Part shown: in pieces, positions 27,210 to 36,899 of the stretch
Layout: every line of letters starts with the position of its first letter
Position numbering within the stretch: position 1 is the stretch's first letter
DNA from: Gemmatimonas sp.
GTDB lineage: Bacteria > Gemmatimonadota > Gemmatimonadetes > Gemmatimonadales > Gemmatimonadaceae
Length of the DNA stretch: 64,000 nucleotides
Direction of reading: 5' to 3'
Assembly (NCBI GenBank): GCA_031414535.1
Contig: JANNVQ010000045.1
Location: 1-64,000 of the forward strand
Made by a program: the position numbers and the translations under genes
Notes under the pieces: generated by a model
What the model was told of the DNA's origin: nothing
The model's input: only the letters and a program-made list of their open reading frames with translations
The model's database searches: none

Positions 27210-28635
27210 ACTTTGAGACTCCCACGTAGACCAGGATGCTCGTGACCAGCGTGAGTCCGCTTACGGTCACGCCGATCGGCAAGCTCATGAGCTTCGCGTA
27301 GGCCGCCGATTCGAGGGCGAGGGTGAGGGTAAGGCCCGTTGCCATGCTGGCGATTGCCGCCGCACGCGTGCCGCCCTTCCAGGTTAGCCCGATAGCGAGT
27401 GCGGGTACGAGCGTGCAGGCGAAGAGTCCGTAGCCGAAGATTCCCAGAAAAGCGACCAGCGTACCGCTCAACTGTGCGATGACAGTGCCGGCAACGGCGA
27501 GCACGAAAGTCCACCGGCGTCCGTCGCGGAGCTGCGTGGTGCTGTTGATCTGCCTACCGAGCGCCTTTGGGATGTCGTGTGTAAGGGCGGCCGCACCGAT
27601 GTTCAAGAATGAGTTCACGGTGCTCATGATGGCGGCGGCGACTCCGGCAAACACCAAGGCCGAGACGAAAGTTGGCACGTAACTCAGCAACAACGTTGGT
27701 GTGGCATCATCTGGCGTGGCCAAGGCGGGGAGCGCACCCGTGACCACGAGTGACTTCACCGCGATGCCGACGCCCACAAACAGGAGCTGTGCAAGAATCA
27801 TCGCGATGGTCATCAGCACTGGATACCAGCGCAGACGCTTCACGTCGCGGATCATGTAGTACTTGTGCGCGATGTGCGGCTGGCCGAGTGAACCCACGGC
27901 AAATACGAAGAAGAAACTCAGCGCTACCATTGCGCCGCGGCTTCCCCAGGGGCCCATGAAGGCGGGATCAACCGCCTCGATGGCGCGAGTGATGGCAGCG
28001 AGGCCATTGCCCGCATCGAGCGCAAATGCGAACACGATAGCGCTGGCGACGGCCATCAGCAGGCCTTGGAACACATCCACCCAGATGCCGGCGAGAATGC
28101 CGCCACCGGCCGAGTACGCGAGAAGTACAGCGGCGCCAATCCACAGTGCGAGCTCGAGCTCCACGCCGAACAGCGCGCGCACCACGAGGCCAAGCGCGAG
28201 CACATTGGTGCCGATGTAGCCAATCACTCCAACGAGGATTGCGACTGCGCTCAGGCCCTGTGCGGCGCGGGAATCATAGCGCCAACCGATGGCATCGGGG
28301 ACAGTGAGGAATCCATGCGTCGCGGCAAGATTTCGCATGCGCGGCCCAAGGACGATGACGCCGTAGGTGTTGGTTAACGCTGCGGGCAGGATGATGAAAA
28401 TCGCCGTGAGTCCGATGCTGTAGACGAGGCCCGGCCCGCCGATGAATGAGAAGCCCGAGAGCGTCGTGGCCATCGCGGCAATGGCAAAGGGCAGTAGTCC
28501 CACGTTGCGGCCCGCGAGAAAAAAATCCTCGGCGGTTTGCGTGCGACGCGCGGCCCAGAGGCCGATGAGCGCGCATATCGCGAAGTACCCGATGCCAACG
28601 CCAATCACGATTGGCGACACGCTGGTGTCAGTCAT
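27193..28635 (-). CDS. Sodium:solute symporter (SSS; PutP/PanF-like)
   Basis: DFFLAGR, SGFSFIGGPG, GQPH, AAIMST; many TM helices. Confidence 0.92.
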   Translation of the reverse strand: MTDTSVSPIVIGVGIGYFAICALIGLWAARRTQTAEDFFLAGRNVGLLPFAIAAMATTLSGFSFIGGPGLVYSIGLTAIFIILPAALTNTYGVIVLGPRMRNLAATHGFLTVPDAIGWRYDSRAAQGLSAVAILVGVIGYIGTNVLALGLVVRALFGVELELALWIGAAVLLAYSAGGGILAGIWVDVFQGLLMAVASAIVFAFALDAGNGLAAITRAIEAVDPAFMGPWGSRGAMVALSFFFVFAVGSLGQPHIAHKYYMIRDVKRLRWYPVLMTIAMILAQLLFVGVGIAVKSLVVTGALPALATPDDATPTLLLSYVPTFVSALVFAGVAAAIMSTVNSFLNIGAAALTHDIPKALGRQINSTTQLRDGRRWTFVLAVAGTVIAQLSGTLVAFLGIFGYGLFACTLVPALAIGLTWKGGTRAAAIASMATGLTLTLALESAAYAKLMSLPIGVTVSGLTLVTSILVYVGVSKWTDDG

Positions 28636-29014
28636 CGGTGATTACCTCGCGCGTGAATACCATCGCGTAGGCGATCGGCAGCATCACCAGAGGCAGGGCG
28701 CCGGTGAGCAGCAGCAGCAAGGCCGTGGCCCGCGGAAGTCCGAACAAGAGCGGACCGCCGAGTACGTGTGGCTGGAGCAGCAGTGCTGTGGCGAAGCCGA
28801 TGAACGTAAGCGCGCAAGCCGCAAGCACCGCGGCAGCAAGACGCGGTGCGCGCGCACCAGCGCCGAGCAAGCCAAGGCCCGTCAATACGAGCGTAGCCCC
28901 TATCGCCAGCAGCCACGGTGCAATACTCGTCGCACTCGCGAACGTCAGCCCATAGGCCAAGGCCACGAGCAGCGCGCCCAGAGTCAGCAGAGAAATCGAG
29001 AAGCGTTCCGACAC
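28628..29014 (-). CDS. Small membrane protein coupled to the SSS transporter
   Basis: About 4 hydrophobic helices, LFGLP motif, overlaps the symporter start. Confidence 0.7.
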   Translation of the reverse strand: MSERFSISLLTLGALLVALAYGLTFASATSIAPWLLAIGATLVLTGLGLLGAGARAPRLAAAVLAACALTFIGFATALLLQPHVLGGPLLFGLPRATALLLLLTGALPLVMLPIAYAMVFTREVITDD

Positions 29015-29048
29015 CAGCAGAAACTACCAGACCGCAGCGCGAAAACGA

Positions 29049-29106
29049 ATGACGGAAGGAGAGCGCCTTGGCTCCCCTTCCGTCATCCGCGTTCCGTCAT
29101 CCATCC
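29049..29106. repeat. Degenerate inverted heptamer arrays, locus 6
   Basis: ATGACGGAAGG (29049-59) / CCTTCCGTCAT (29076-86) plus TTCCGTCATCCATCC abutting the M14 stop. Confidence 0.75.
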
Positions 29107-31893
29107 CTATCGCGTGCCAATCAACCCATTAAACACGAGTTTGAACGTCCCCGCCGGCTGAGCACGGAACAGCGCTTCCGGTCCAATCAAACGCACCGTA
29201 CCACGACCGACCGAGGCATCGGCGGCAGCAACGCCGCCCTCGAGATACGTCTCGCCCCAAGCCCAACCGCTGCGCAGGGAAGTCGGCGAATCAAACCAAG
29301 CAATCGGCTTCACGCCACGCGCCAAGGCATCCGGCGCCAAGCGGAACACCGGCGAATTGTCGTACATCACGATAGCGCGCGAGCCCATTCCCACTGCGGC
29401 CGCCGAGGTGCTGTCCACCGCGACTTCAAGCAAGGAACCGGGAACGTAGAACTTCTCGCTGCCGAGTTCTCGCTCGTTGCCGTTGGGCATGCGCTCCACC
29501 AAGTGATTGCTCAGCGGCAAGCCTAGGTGCTCCGCCAGGTTCGTCGAGCTACCGATGGTGATCACCATGCCGCCATTCTCGGCGAAGCGCTTGATCTGCG
29601 GCACCGTACGGTCCTGCGTCACGTTGCCGAGCCAGCTCCGGAACTGCGCCGGAATAGCCGCCGTGTCCGTACCAGCACCCGCATTCCCGAAGCCTGGGAG
29701 GTTCGTGTTGCTGCCCTGCGTGGTGGCGCGCATCGCAGGGATGGCCCCATCCACGAAGATCAGCGCGTCATACTTGTTGTTGAGATTGCCTGCGTCGAGC
29801 TCCTGCGGATACACCACCGTGAACGGGAACTCGTACTGCTCGAGCAACCAACGCGTCCAACCGGACGGCATGGAGCCGCCGAACCGATCCCACAAACCAA
29901 TCCGCATCGGGCGGGCGGCGGTTGCGCCGGTCGCGCTGCCGGCGGTGAACGAGAGGCCGAGTTCCGTGGCCGCGCGCTGCACGATGGCACGGCTGGTGCT
30001 GTTGGCCGGGATGATCCAGGTGCCGTCGGCCTTGCGCAGCACCTGCGCGTTGGCCTTCAGCAGGCGATTCACAACGATGAAGGCATCGTTCTGCGCGCCA
30101 GAGAGCGCCCAGGTGTTGCCCGCTGCCACCGTGCCAGCTGCCGGACGCACGCGATTGTTCGGCGCAATCTTCTCAAACGGACCATTGAGCGCATCGAGCA
30201 CGCGCTCGTACTGAACGCCCATCTGCATCGCCAGCGTCCAACCCGCGTTGTCGTACGGCGGAGTGGGCGCGCCACCCGGCACGCGGAAGTCATTCGGGTG
30301 ATCCTGCGGCTCAAACATGTCGGTCACGTGGGCGCCAAACGCCTGGCCCACCTTCACCACATAGGAGCCAGCCGGATACTGCTTGCCACCGTGCGAGAAC
30401 GCCGCAGTGGCGCGGTGCACATCGATGCCGGCCTTCTGCAGCGCCACAATGAAACGCACGGCCGTCGGGAAGTCGCGCTGGTTGCTCGGAATGATGTAGG
30501 CACGCGGATCACGATTCTCTGGCGAGCGCATGAACGCCATCATCTGCTGCGCGGCCTCGCCGTTGCGCGAGTTGGCGGCGTTGCCGAATCCACCGAGGAA
30601 GGCCATCGGGTTCTCAGCCTGCTGCTGCGTACGACGCGCGCGGTTTTCTTCGTCAATGCGCGCCTGCGCCGAAGCGTTACGCTTGGGCCAGATGGTCCAG
30701 CTATCGCTGTTGCCCTGTACAATGCGATCGCTGCCCATCTTCCAAATATTGAAGAGGAAGATTTCACGATTGCGTGCCACCACATCCAGCACCGCGCGGT
30801 TAGCCGTCACCGAGTACTCGATGGACTGGCGGAACTTCCACGGGCCGGGATTCACCGGAAGCGGAAGGTCGGCGCTAGCAATCTGGCGATTGGCGATAAA
30901 CGGAATCTCCATCGGCGTCGGGCTACCGATGGTCTCCGTGAGCAGGCCAATCATGTTGTGGAAGTAGACTGTGGTGCGCAGGCCGCCGTTCCACCACGTG
31001 GAATAGCCAGCGCCAAGGCGCATGACCACACCGCCCTTCTCTTCCTGCACGAAGCGGTGGTGCATCGCACCGCCCACCACATCGAGGCCCGTCTTGATGA
31101 GTGGGTGGATGTTGAAGTTCATCGGATCGCGGAACGGCGGTGCGAACATCACGGTGCCAGCCGGGCCCGTCTGGTGATGGTTGTACATCACCTGGGGATA
31201 CCACTCCGTGTAGAGCACGCGGTTCATATTCTCGGTCTCGGGCTGAGCCGCGAGGTAGAAATCGCGGTTGTTGTCGTGCCCGATGTACTTCTGGTAGAGA
31301 CGTGGAATGTTGTTGTAGCTGCGGCGACGCTGATCGGCCGTACGCATATACCAATCGCTGACGAGTTCCATGCCGTCTGGATTGGCATGAACCATCACGA
31401 TGATGAGGTCGTTGCGGAAGCGCGTGGTCTCGCTGTCATCGCCGCTCACGAGCTGCCAGCTGGACTCAATAAGCTGCTGCGCGCCGAGCACCTCGGTGGC
31501 ATGCAGGCCACCGTCAATCCACACAATTCCCTTGCCCTCGCGCGCCAGCTCTCTCGCCTGCTCAGCCGTCACACCCTCGGCGCGCGCGAGCCGTTCGGCA
31601 ATCTGCCGGTAGCGCTCACGGTTGCGGAGATTCTCCGGGCTCGAGATAATCGCCATGATCTGCGGGCGACCCTCGGCCGTCATGCCGATGGTATCGAGTT
31701 CCATGCGGTCCGACTCGTTGGCGAGGCGAACCCAATATTCGTGGAACTTGCTGTAGTTGGGGAGGACGTAGTCGGCGCCTACCTGATGGCCGAAGAACTG
31801 TTCCGGCGAGGTCAGCCGCTGTTGGGCGGCGAGCGGAAGGGCAAGAATTGTAGAAAGTGCGAATGCGGAACGCATAGAACGCCAAGACATCAC
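29107..31893 (-). CDS. Exported M14 family zinc carboxypeptidase-like protein
   Basis: Signal peptide; DGGLHATE, NPDG, DNNRD, YNHHQ. Confidence 0.88.
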   Translation of the reverse strand: MMSWRSMRSAFALSTILALPLAAQQRLTSPEQFFGHQVGADYVLPNYSKFHEYWVRLANESDRMELDTIGMTAEGRPQIMAIISSPENLRNRERYRQIAERLARAEGVTAEQARELAREGKGIVWIDGGLHATEVLGAQQLIESSWQLVSGDDSETTRFRNDLIIVMVHANPDGMELVSDWYMRTADQRRRSYNNIPRLYQKYIGHDNNRDFYLAAQPETENMNRVLYTEWYPQVMYNHHQTGPAGTVMFAPPFRDPMNFNIHPLIKTGLDVVGGAMHHRFVQEEKGGVVMRLGAGYSTWWNGGLRTTVYFHNMIGLLTETIGSPTPMEIPFIANRQIASADLPLPVNPGPWKFRQSIEYSVTANRAVLDVVARNREIFLFNIWKMGSDRIVQGNSDSWTIWPKRNASAQARIDEENRARRTQQQAENPMAFLGGFGNAANSRNGEAAQQMMAFMRSPENRDPRAYIIPSNQRDFPTAVRFIVALQKAGIDVHRATAAFSHGGKQYPAGSYVVKVGQAFGAHVTDMFEPQDHPNDFRVPGGAPTPPYDNAGWTLAMQMGVQYERVLDALNGPFEKIAPNNRVRPAAGTVAAGNTWALSGAQNDAFIVVNRLLKANAQVLRKADGTWIIPANSTSRAIVQRAATELGLSFTAGSATGATAARPMRIGLWDRFGGSMPSGWTRWLLEQYEFPFTVVYPQELDAGNLNNKYDALIFVDGAIPAMRATTQGSNTNLPGFGNAGAGTDTAAIPAQFRSWLGNVTQDRTVPQIKRFAENGGMVITIGSSTNLAEHLGLPLSNHLVERMPNGNERELGSEKFYVPGSLLEVAVDSTSAAAVGMGSRAIVMYDNSPVFRLAPDALARGVKPIAWFDSPTSLRSGWAWGETYLEGGVAAADASVGRGTVRLIGPEALFRAQPAGTFKLVFNGLIGTR

Positions 31894-32024
31894 AAGCGAC
31901 TCCAGGTGGGAGTAAGGGTCAGCCGTAAGCTACGCGGGGCCGAGGCTATCCGTTGGGGCAGTTCTGGGGCTGTGCCTGCCACCTCCACTCCTCCAGATTT
32001 CACGGGTCTCCCTCCCGTGTGAAC

Positions 32025-33521
32025 ATGCGATACGCCCTGTGCCTCCTCGTCCAGTTTGCACTCGCCGCTCCACTTGCCGGTCCACTTGCCGGTCCACTCG
32101 CTGCACAAATCCCGCAAGCTGAGTTCGCGGCGCGGCGCGAGGCCTTGGTGGAAAGGTTGAACGACGGTGCGGTTCTCGTTTTGGCCGCGCCTGAGCCGGC
32201 CCTGGATTACATGCCTTGGGGCCAGTCGCGCTCTTTTTTGTATCTCACCGGATTCCGCGAACCCGATGCGGCTCTCCTCCTGGCAAGGGTAAATGGCAGT
32301 CTGCGCGCCACGCTCTTTGTAAACCCGCGCAATCCAGCACAGGAAGTGTGGACCGGTGCACGCTTGGGCGTGGACGCGGTGCGCCCGGCGATGGGGATTG
32401 ATGGTCGCGACCTTGGGCAACTACGCGCCGCACTGGACTCCATCCTCAAGTCGGACGAGAAGCTCTTTGTAATTGGAGACTTCTCCGGCGAAGCGACAAC
32501 CCTCTCGCCACACGAGCAGTTCGTGAACGCGCTTAAAGCGCAGTTTCCGAGTCGTCGGATTACAAGTGGCAACAGCGCCGTAGAGACACTGCGCGGCAAG
32601 AAGTCCGATGCCGAGTTGGAGCGTCTGCGCATCGCCGCCGAGATTTCCGCCCGTGGACATCTGGCCGCCTTCGCACTCGCACAGCCCGGAGTTGGTGAGT
32701 GGGAGCTTCAAGCGGCCGCCGAGCGCGTGTGGCGTGCGGCATCCGGTGACCTGCCAGGCTATGCGTCCATCGTGGGCTCCGGACCGAACGCCACGACGCT
32801 TCACTACAACGTCAACACGCGCGTTCTGGAAGCTGGTGAAGTGGTGGTGATGGATATGGCGACCGCGTTCGACGGCTACTCGGCGGACATCACGCGGACG
32901 ATTCCCGTGAGCGGACGCTTCTCGCCGGCTCAGCGCGAGATCTATGACGTTGTGCTCGCTGCGCAGAAGGCCGCGGAGCGTGAGGTGAGTCCCGGCGCAC
33001 GCTCCAGCCTGATGACTGCCGCTGCCACCGCCGAGCTCGCCCGCGGCCTCACGCGCCTCGGATTGATTGATTCGCCAACAGCCAGCTACGACTGCGGAAC
33101 AGCGCAGCGGCGCACGCGTTGCCCACAGCTGTCATTGTTCTATATGCACGGACTCGGCCACGGCATCGGCCTCGACGTCCACGACCCCGACCAGTACTAC
33201 GAAACTGGTGTGATTGCCGTGGGCTCGGCATTCACCATCGAGCCAGGGATTTACGTGCGCAGTTCCTTGCCCGAGATTCTTGCGAAGACGCCGGACAACG
33301 CCGCGTATCTCACGCGGACGGCGCGGGCATTCGAGCGATACAAGGGCATCGGGGTGCGCATCGAGGATGACTACCTCGTCACGGCTCGCGGCCTTGAGCG
33401 ACCCTCGGCGATTGTGCCACGCGAGGCGGACGAGATTGAACGCGTGATGCAGCAGCCGCGCGCACCCCGCGATAGCGCGAGCACGCAACGCGTGCGCCGG
33501 ATGCGAACGGGTGGAAACTGA
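32025..33521 (+). CDS. pepP: Exported Xaa-Pro aminopeptidase (M24B)
   Basis: LHY, YSADITRT, HGLGHGIGLDVHD, TIEPGIY, RIEDD; signal peptide. Confidence 0.9.
   Translation: MRYALCLLVQFALAAPLAGPLAGPLAAQIPQAEFAARREALVERLNDGAVLVLAAPEPALDYMPWGQSRSFLYLTGFREPDAALLLARVNGSLRATLFVNPRNPAQEVWTGARLGVDAVRPAMGIDGRDLGQLRAALDSILKSDEKLFVIGDFSGEATTLSPHEQFVNALKAQFPSRRITSGNSAVETLRGKKSDAELERLRIAAEISARGHLAAFALAQPGVGEWELQAAAERVWRAASGDLPGYASIVGSGPNATTLHYNVNTRVLEAGEVVVMDMATAFDGYSADITRTIPVSGRFSPAQREIYDVVLAAQKAAEREVSPGARSSLMTAAATAELARGLTRLGLIDSPTASYDCGTAQRRTRCPQLSLFYMHGLGHGIGLDVHDPDQYYETGVIAVGSAFTIEPGIYVRSSLPEILAKTPDNAAYLTRTARAFERYKGIGVRIEDDYLVTARGLERPSAIVPREADEIERVMQQPRAPRDSASTQRVRRMRTGGN
32058..32105 (+). repeat. In-frame 12-bp tandem repeat in the pepP signal peptide
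   Basis: GCACTCGCCGCT / CCACTTGCCGGT x2 / CCACTCGCTGCA, encoding ALAA-PLAG-PLAG-PLAA. Confidence 0.7.
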
Positions 33522-33550
33522 GCGGCTTTCTCGGGGACCGTCTTGAGGCT

Positions 33551-35380
33551 TCAGGGCCTTGGCAGTCCCTGTAGAATTCCCGTCCGAATGCGCCGCGCCT
33601 TGGCGCTCGCGTTCGGGTCGGGCTCGATGCGACGCTCCACACGCTGATCAATCTCCACGCGCGCGGTGAGCGTTTTGCGTTCGTCGGCGCGCAAAACTAT
33701 AAGCGGAAGCTCGGCACCACGGCGGTTGCCCCAGACGTCGCGCCACTGACGACCGAAGTCGGGATCGAGCGTTGAGCTGCCACCGATGCGCAGCAGCACA
33801 TCACCGAGTTCGACGCCGGCGCGCGCGGCCATGCCTTCGGGGTCCAAGCCCGTGACGAGCACGCCTTCGGGATGGCCGCGCATCAGGACACCAAGTCGTG
33901 GCTCACTGATGGAGTCTTCCACGAAGCGCCACCCACCCCGCGGTAACCACTGCGCCCAAGGGAAGGGCTCGCGGCCATCTATGTAGCGACGTTCAAAGTC
34001 ACCCCACGCGCGGCCCCGCGTAGCGCGCGCGACCGCGTTCCACACATCGTCGTGCGTGAAGCCGCGGCCTTTCTTATAGGTGTTGGTATAGAGGTCGCGC
34101 ATCACGTGGTCTAAACTGCGCTCGCTATTTGAGGCGTCTCGGATGAGAATGTCGAGCGCGAGGCCGGCGAGCGAGCCTTTGTCGTAGTAGAGGTCGCCGG
34201 TGCCGTCCCGCATGCCAATCCACGTCTGGAACGACGCGTCCTCAAGCGAGGTCGCAGGGCGCGCCACGACGCTTTCAATCTTGCCCAAAGTGTTGGCGAG
34301 AAATCCTGGCTCATCCATCAGGCCGCTGCGCACCAAGGCGAGGTCGGCGTAGTAGTCGGTGATGCCTTCACTCATCCAGAGCCAAGGCGTGGGCTGCGCG
34401 AGCTCATAGCGATACGGCGTGAGATCGGCTGGCCGCAGGCGCTTCACGTTCCACGCGTGGGCAATTTCGTGCGCGTGCACGCCAATCACGAAGGGCTCAT
34501 CTATGTACGAGCTCCCGACTAAGGCCAGCTCGCTTTCACTGTGCTCGAGTGCGGCCATGCCACTGACTTCATCGTGCTGCACCTGTAAAACGGTGTAGCG
34601 CTTCCACGGGACTTCGCCAAACACCTGCGCGAGCGGCTCCACGGAGCGCGTGAGTCCATCCCAAAGCGCCGCGCGACGCCGACCCTGCACACTCCCCACA
34701 GGCCAAGTGGCGAGGCGCATCCAGCGGTCGGCCACGAGGGCCGAGTCTAGGTCAAAGCGTCCGACGAACATCGGATGGTCGAGCAGGTCATCCGTGTTGA
34801 CCGCGCGGAACTGATGCGTGGAATCGCCTTGCGTCATTCCTGTTGCCACGCGCCACGTTGCGGCGCTGCGCACGACGACCTCCGCGGGGGTGTCCGGCCG
34901 CCCCTCGACGTAGAGGAAAACGTTCGTGCCATTGAAGAACGCGAAGTCAGTCGTGCTCCAACTTCCCGCCACGTCGAGGTCATCAGCGCGTACGCGATAT
35001 CGTATGAGGACCTCGCCTGTGCGGCGGGGGAAAATACGCCACGTGTCGGGATCGAGCTTGTCCCACACCAACTCCTCGCCATTCTGTGAGGCAGTGAAGC
35101 CGGACAATCCGCGGGCGTAATCGGCAATCTCGTAGGAGCCCGGGGTCCAAGCCGCCATCGAGAGCAACAAGGGACCGCCTTCGCGTGGGCTCAGGCTCAG
35201 CTGCACGTCAATCACACCCTCATCGGCCTGCTCGGGGCCCAAAGTGAGTTCGTACAGCAGCGCCGAGACCGGCGCGGAGCGAGCCGGGCGGCCCTGCGCG
35301 GGGAGTGACGGTGTCACCATAGGGACGATGGCGACCGCGAATGCGCAGAAGCTAGAAATCAGGGCGAGACGTGGCTGCAT
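33551..35380 (-). CDS. M61 family metallopeptidase with PDZ domain
   Basis: WTPGSY, ALEH, HEIAHAWNVKRLRP, EGITDYY, YYDKG; C-terminal PDZ. Confidence 0.92.
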   Translation of the reverse strand: MQPRLALISSFCAFAVAIVPMVTPSLPAQGRPARSAPVSALLYELTLGPEQADEGVIDVQLSLSPREGGPLLLSMAAWTPGSYEIADYARGLSGFTASQNGEELVWDKLDPDTWRIFPRRTGEVLIRYRVRADDLDVAGSWSTTDFAFFNGTNVFLYVEGRPDTPAEVVVRSAATWRVATGMTQGDSTHQFRAVNTDDLLDHPMFVGRFDLDSALVADRWMRLATWPVGSVQGRRRAALWDGLTRSVEPLAQVFGEVPWKRYTVLQVQHDEVSGMAALEHSESELALVGSSYIDEPFVIGVHAHEIAHAWNVKRLRPADLTPYRYELAQPTPWLWMSEGITDYYADLALVRSGLMDEPGFLANTLGKIESVVARPATSLEDASFQTWIGMRDGTGDLYYDKGSLAGLALDILIRDASNSERSLDHVMRDLYTNTYKKGRGFTHDDVWNAVARATRGRAWGDFERRYIDGREPFPWAQWLPRGGWRFVEDSISEPRLGVLMRGHPEGVLVTGLDPEGMAARAGVELGDVLLRIGGSSTLDPDFGRQWRDVWGNRRGAELPLIVLRADERKTLTARVEIDQRVERRIEPDPNASAKARRIRTGILQGLPRP

Positions 35381-35479
35381 AGGGGTGTAGCCTTGGGCCT
35401 CTTGGGGGGTGGCCGCAAGGGGATTCGTGCCGTTTTCCTCCCTTTGCTCGTCTGCTGGTCGTACCCTTCCCTACACGAC

Positions 35480-35992
35480 ATGACCGCACCCGCCTCAGGC
35501 CGTTCCCGCGCCCAAGAGAGTAAGCGCATCCACGTCGTCCTCCGCGATTCGAGCCTGCTCGAGGGCTCGATCTACATCGCCGAGGACATGGCGCTCGTCG
35601 CCTTCCTTGGCAATCGCAAGGGCGGCTACATGAACATGGTGGATGCCCGCCGGCCGAAGCTGCAGGAAGCACCCGGGCATCTCATCGTGCAGACGGACCT
35701 CGTAGTTCTCGTCTCCGCCCCCGACGCCAACGTGATAGTCGTTGGTCAAGCCGGCGCCGGTGCAGGCGAGCGTGAGGTGGACATTTACCTCATCGGCGGC
35801 AAGGCGCTGCGCGGCGTGATGTACGTCGCTCCGATGCAGCGCATGAGCGACTACCTGCATCACTGCGGAAGGTTTGCCGGACTCGCGCGTGCCGTGGTCA
35901 TCAACGACAACGCCGAGATTGGCGACGTCGCCATCAACACCTCAGCCATCGCGATGATTCGCGAATCGCGTCCGCCCAGCGCAACCGAGTAG
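35480..35992 (+). CDS. Hypothetical cytoplasmic protein with two tandem similar beta domains (DUF6812-like)
   Basis: Halves LEGSIYI..LVAFL..YMNMVDA and LRGVMYV..RMSDYL..FAGLARA. Confidence 0.65.
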   Translation: MTAPASGRSRAQESKRIHVVLRDSSLLEGSIYIAEDMALVAFLGNRKGGYMNMVDARRPKLQEAPGHLIVQTDLVVLVSAPDANVIVVGQAGAGAGEREVDIYLIGGKALRGVMYVAPMQRMSDYLHHCGRFAGLARAVVINDNAEIGDVAINTSAIAMIRESRPPSATE

Positions 35993-36832
35993 CTAGCGGC
36001 TGAGTAAGCGGCGAAGCAGGTCGGGTCGGTCGGTGAACATGCCGTCCACACCCATCGCGAGAAAAGACTGCATCGTGGGCTCGGCGTTCACCGTATACGG
36101 GTGAACCACGAGCCCGCGTGCTTGTGCGGCCTCGACGAAGGCCTGATCGATAATTTCGCGTGAGGGCCCGATGCCCACCGCATACTTGGCGATGGAGTCG
36201 AGCGTGGCAGCGAGCTGGGTTGGCGGGATGCTGTCACCAATCAGCTGTACGAGCTGCAGGCGCGGCTCGAGTCCGTGCAGCCGCAGCAAACTCGCCGCCG
36301 AAAACGACTGTACCAGCACCCGACCTTCGTTCGCCCCGCGCCCCACGAGACGGTGCCGCCGCAGGTGCACCAATAGCGAATCCTCCATGCCGGGCGCCTC
36401 GGCGGGATTCTTGGTCTCTATGTAGAAGCGGGCGCGACCAGCGTAGCGCACGAGCACAGCGTCGAGCGTGGGAATGCGCTCGCTCGTGTACGAAGCCTGC
36501 GCGCGAGCGGGATTCTTACGATTGAACCAGCTTCCGACCTCGCAATGCGCGAGTTCCTCGAGGGTATGATCGCGCACGAGTCCGGAACAGTGCGCCGCCG
36601 GGCCAGTAGCTGTGCGGTCAAGCGAATCATCGTGCAGCACCACGAGCTGCCCATCGCGAGTCATCTGCAGGTCCTGCTCGATCCAATCGGCATCACGCTC
36701 CAGCGCGAGATCGTACGAGGCGAGAGTATGCTCGGGCGCGTCCCAGGAGGCGCCGCGGTGGGCGATGACCTGCACATCGGCGGAGATGCAGCCGCCGAGG
36801 AACAGCGGGAGGTACAAGAGAAGCTTTTGCAT
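35993..36832 (-). CDS. glpQ: Glycerophosphodiester phosphodiesterase (lipoprotein)
   Basis: IAHRGAS, PEHT, EQDLQMTRDG, HD, IETK, FTDRPD; lipobox LGG-C. Confidence 0.92.
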   Translation of the reverse strand: MQKLLLYLPLFLGGCISADVQVIAHRGASWDAPEHTLASYDLALERDADWIEQDLQMTRDGQLVVLHDDSLDRTATGPAAHCSGLVRDHTLEELAHCEVGSWFNRKNPARAQASYTSERIPTLDAVLVRYAGRARFYIETKNPAEAPGMEDSLLVHLRRHRLVGRGANEGRVLVQSFSAASLLRLHGLEPRLQLVQLIGDSIPPTQLAATLDSIAKYAVGIGPSREIIDQAFVEAAQARGLVVHPYTVNAEPTMQSFLAMGVDGMFTDRPDLLRRLLSR

Positions 36833-36899
36833 ACCGGAGATTCGCGTCTCGAGCCTGCTCTGGCAATCTTTAGGCTGTCACACTCACGTTCCAATTCCA

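Noticed and set aside
29527..32022. 831-aa plus-strand ORF
   Set aside because: Antisense shadow of the M14 peptidase gene, typical of high-GC codon bias; no recognisable motifs.
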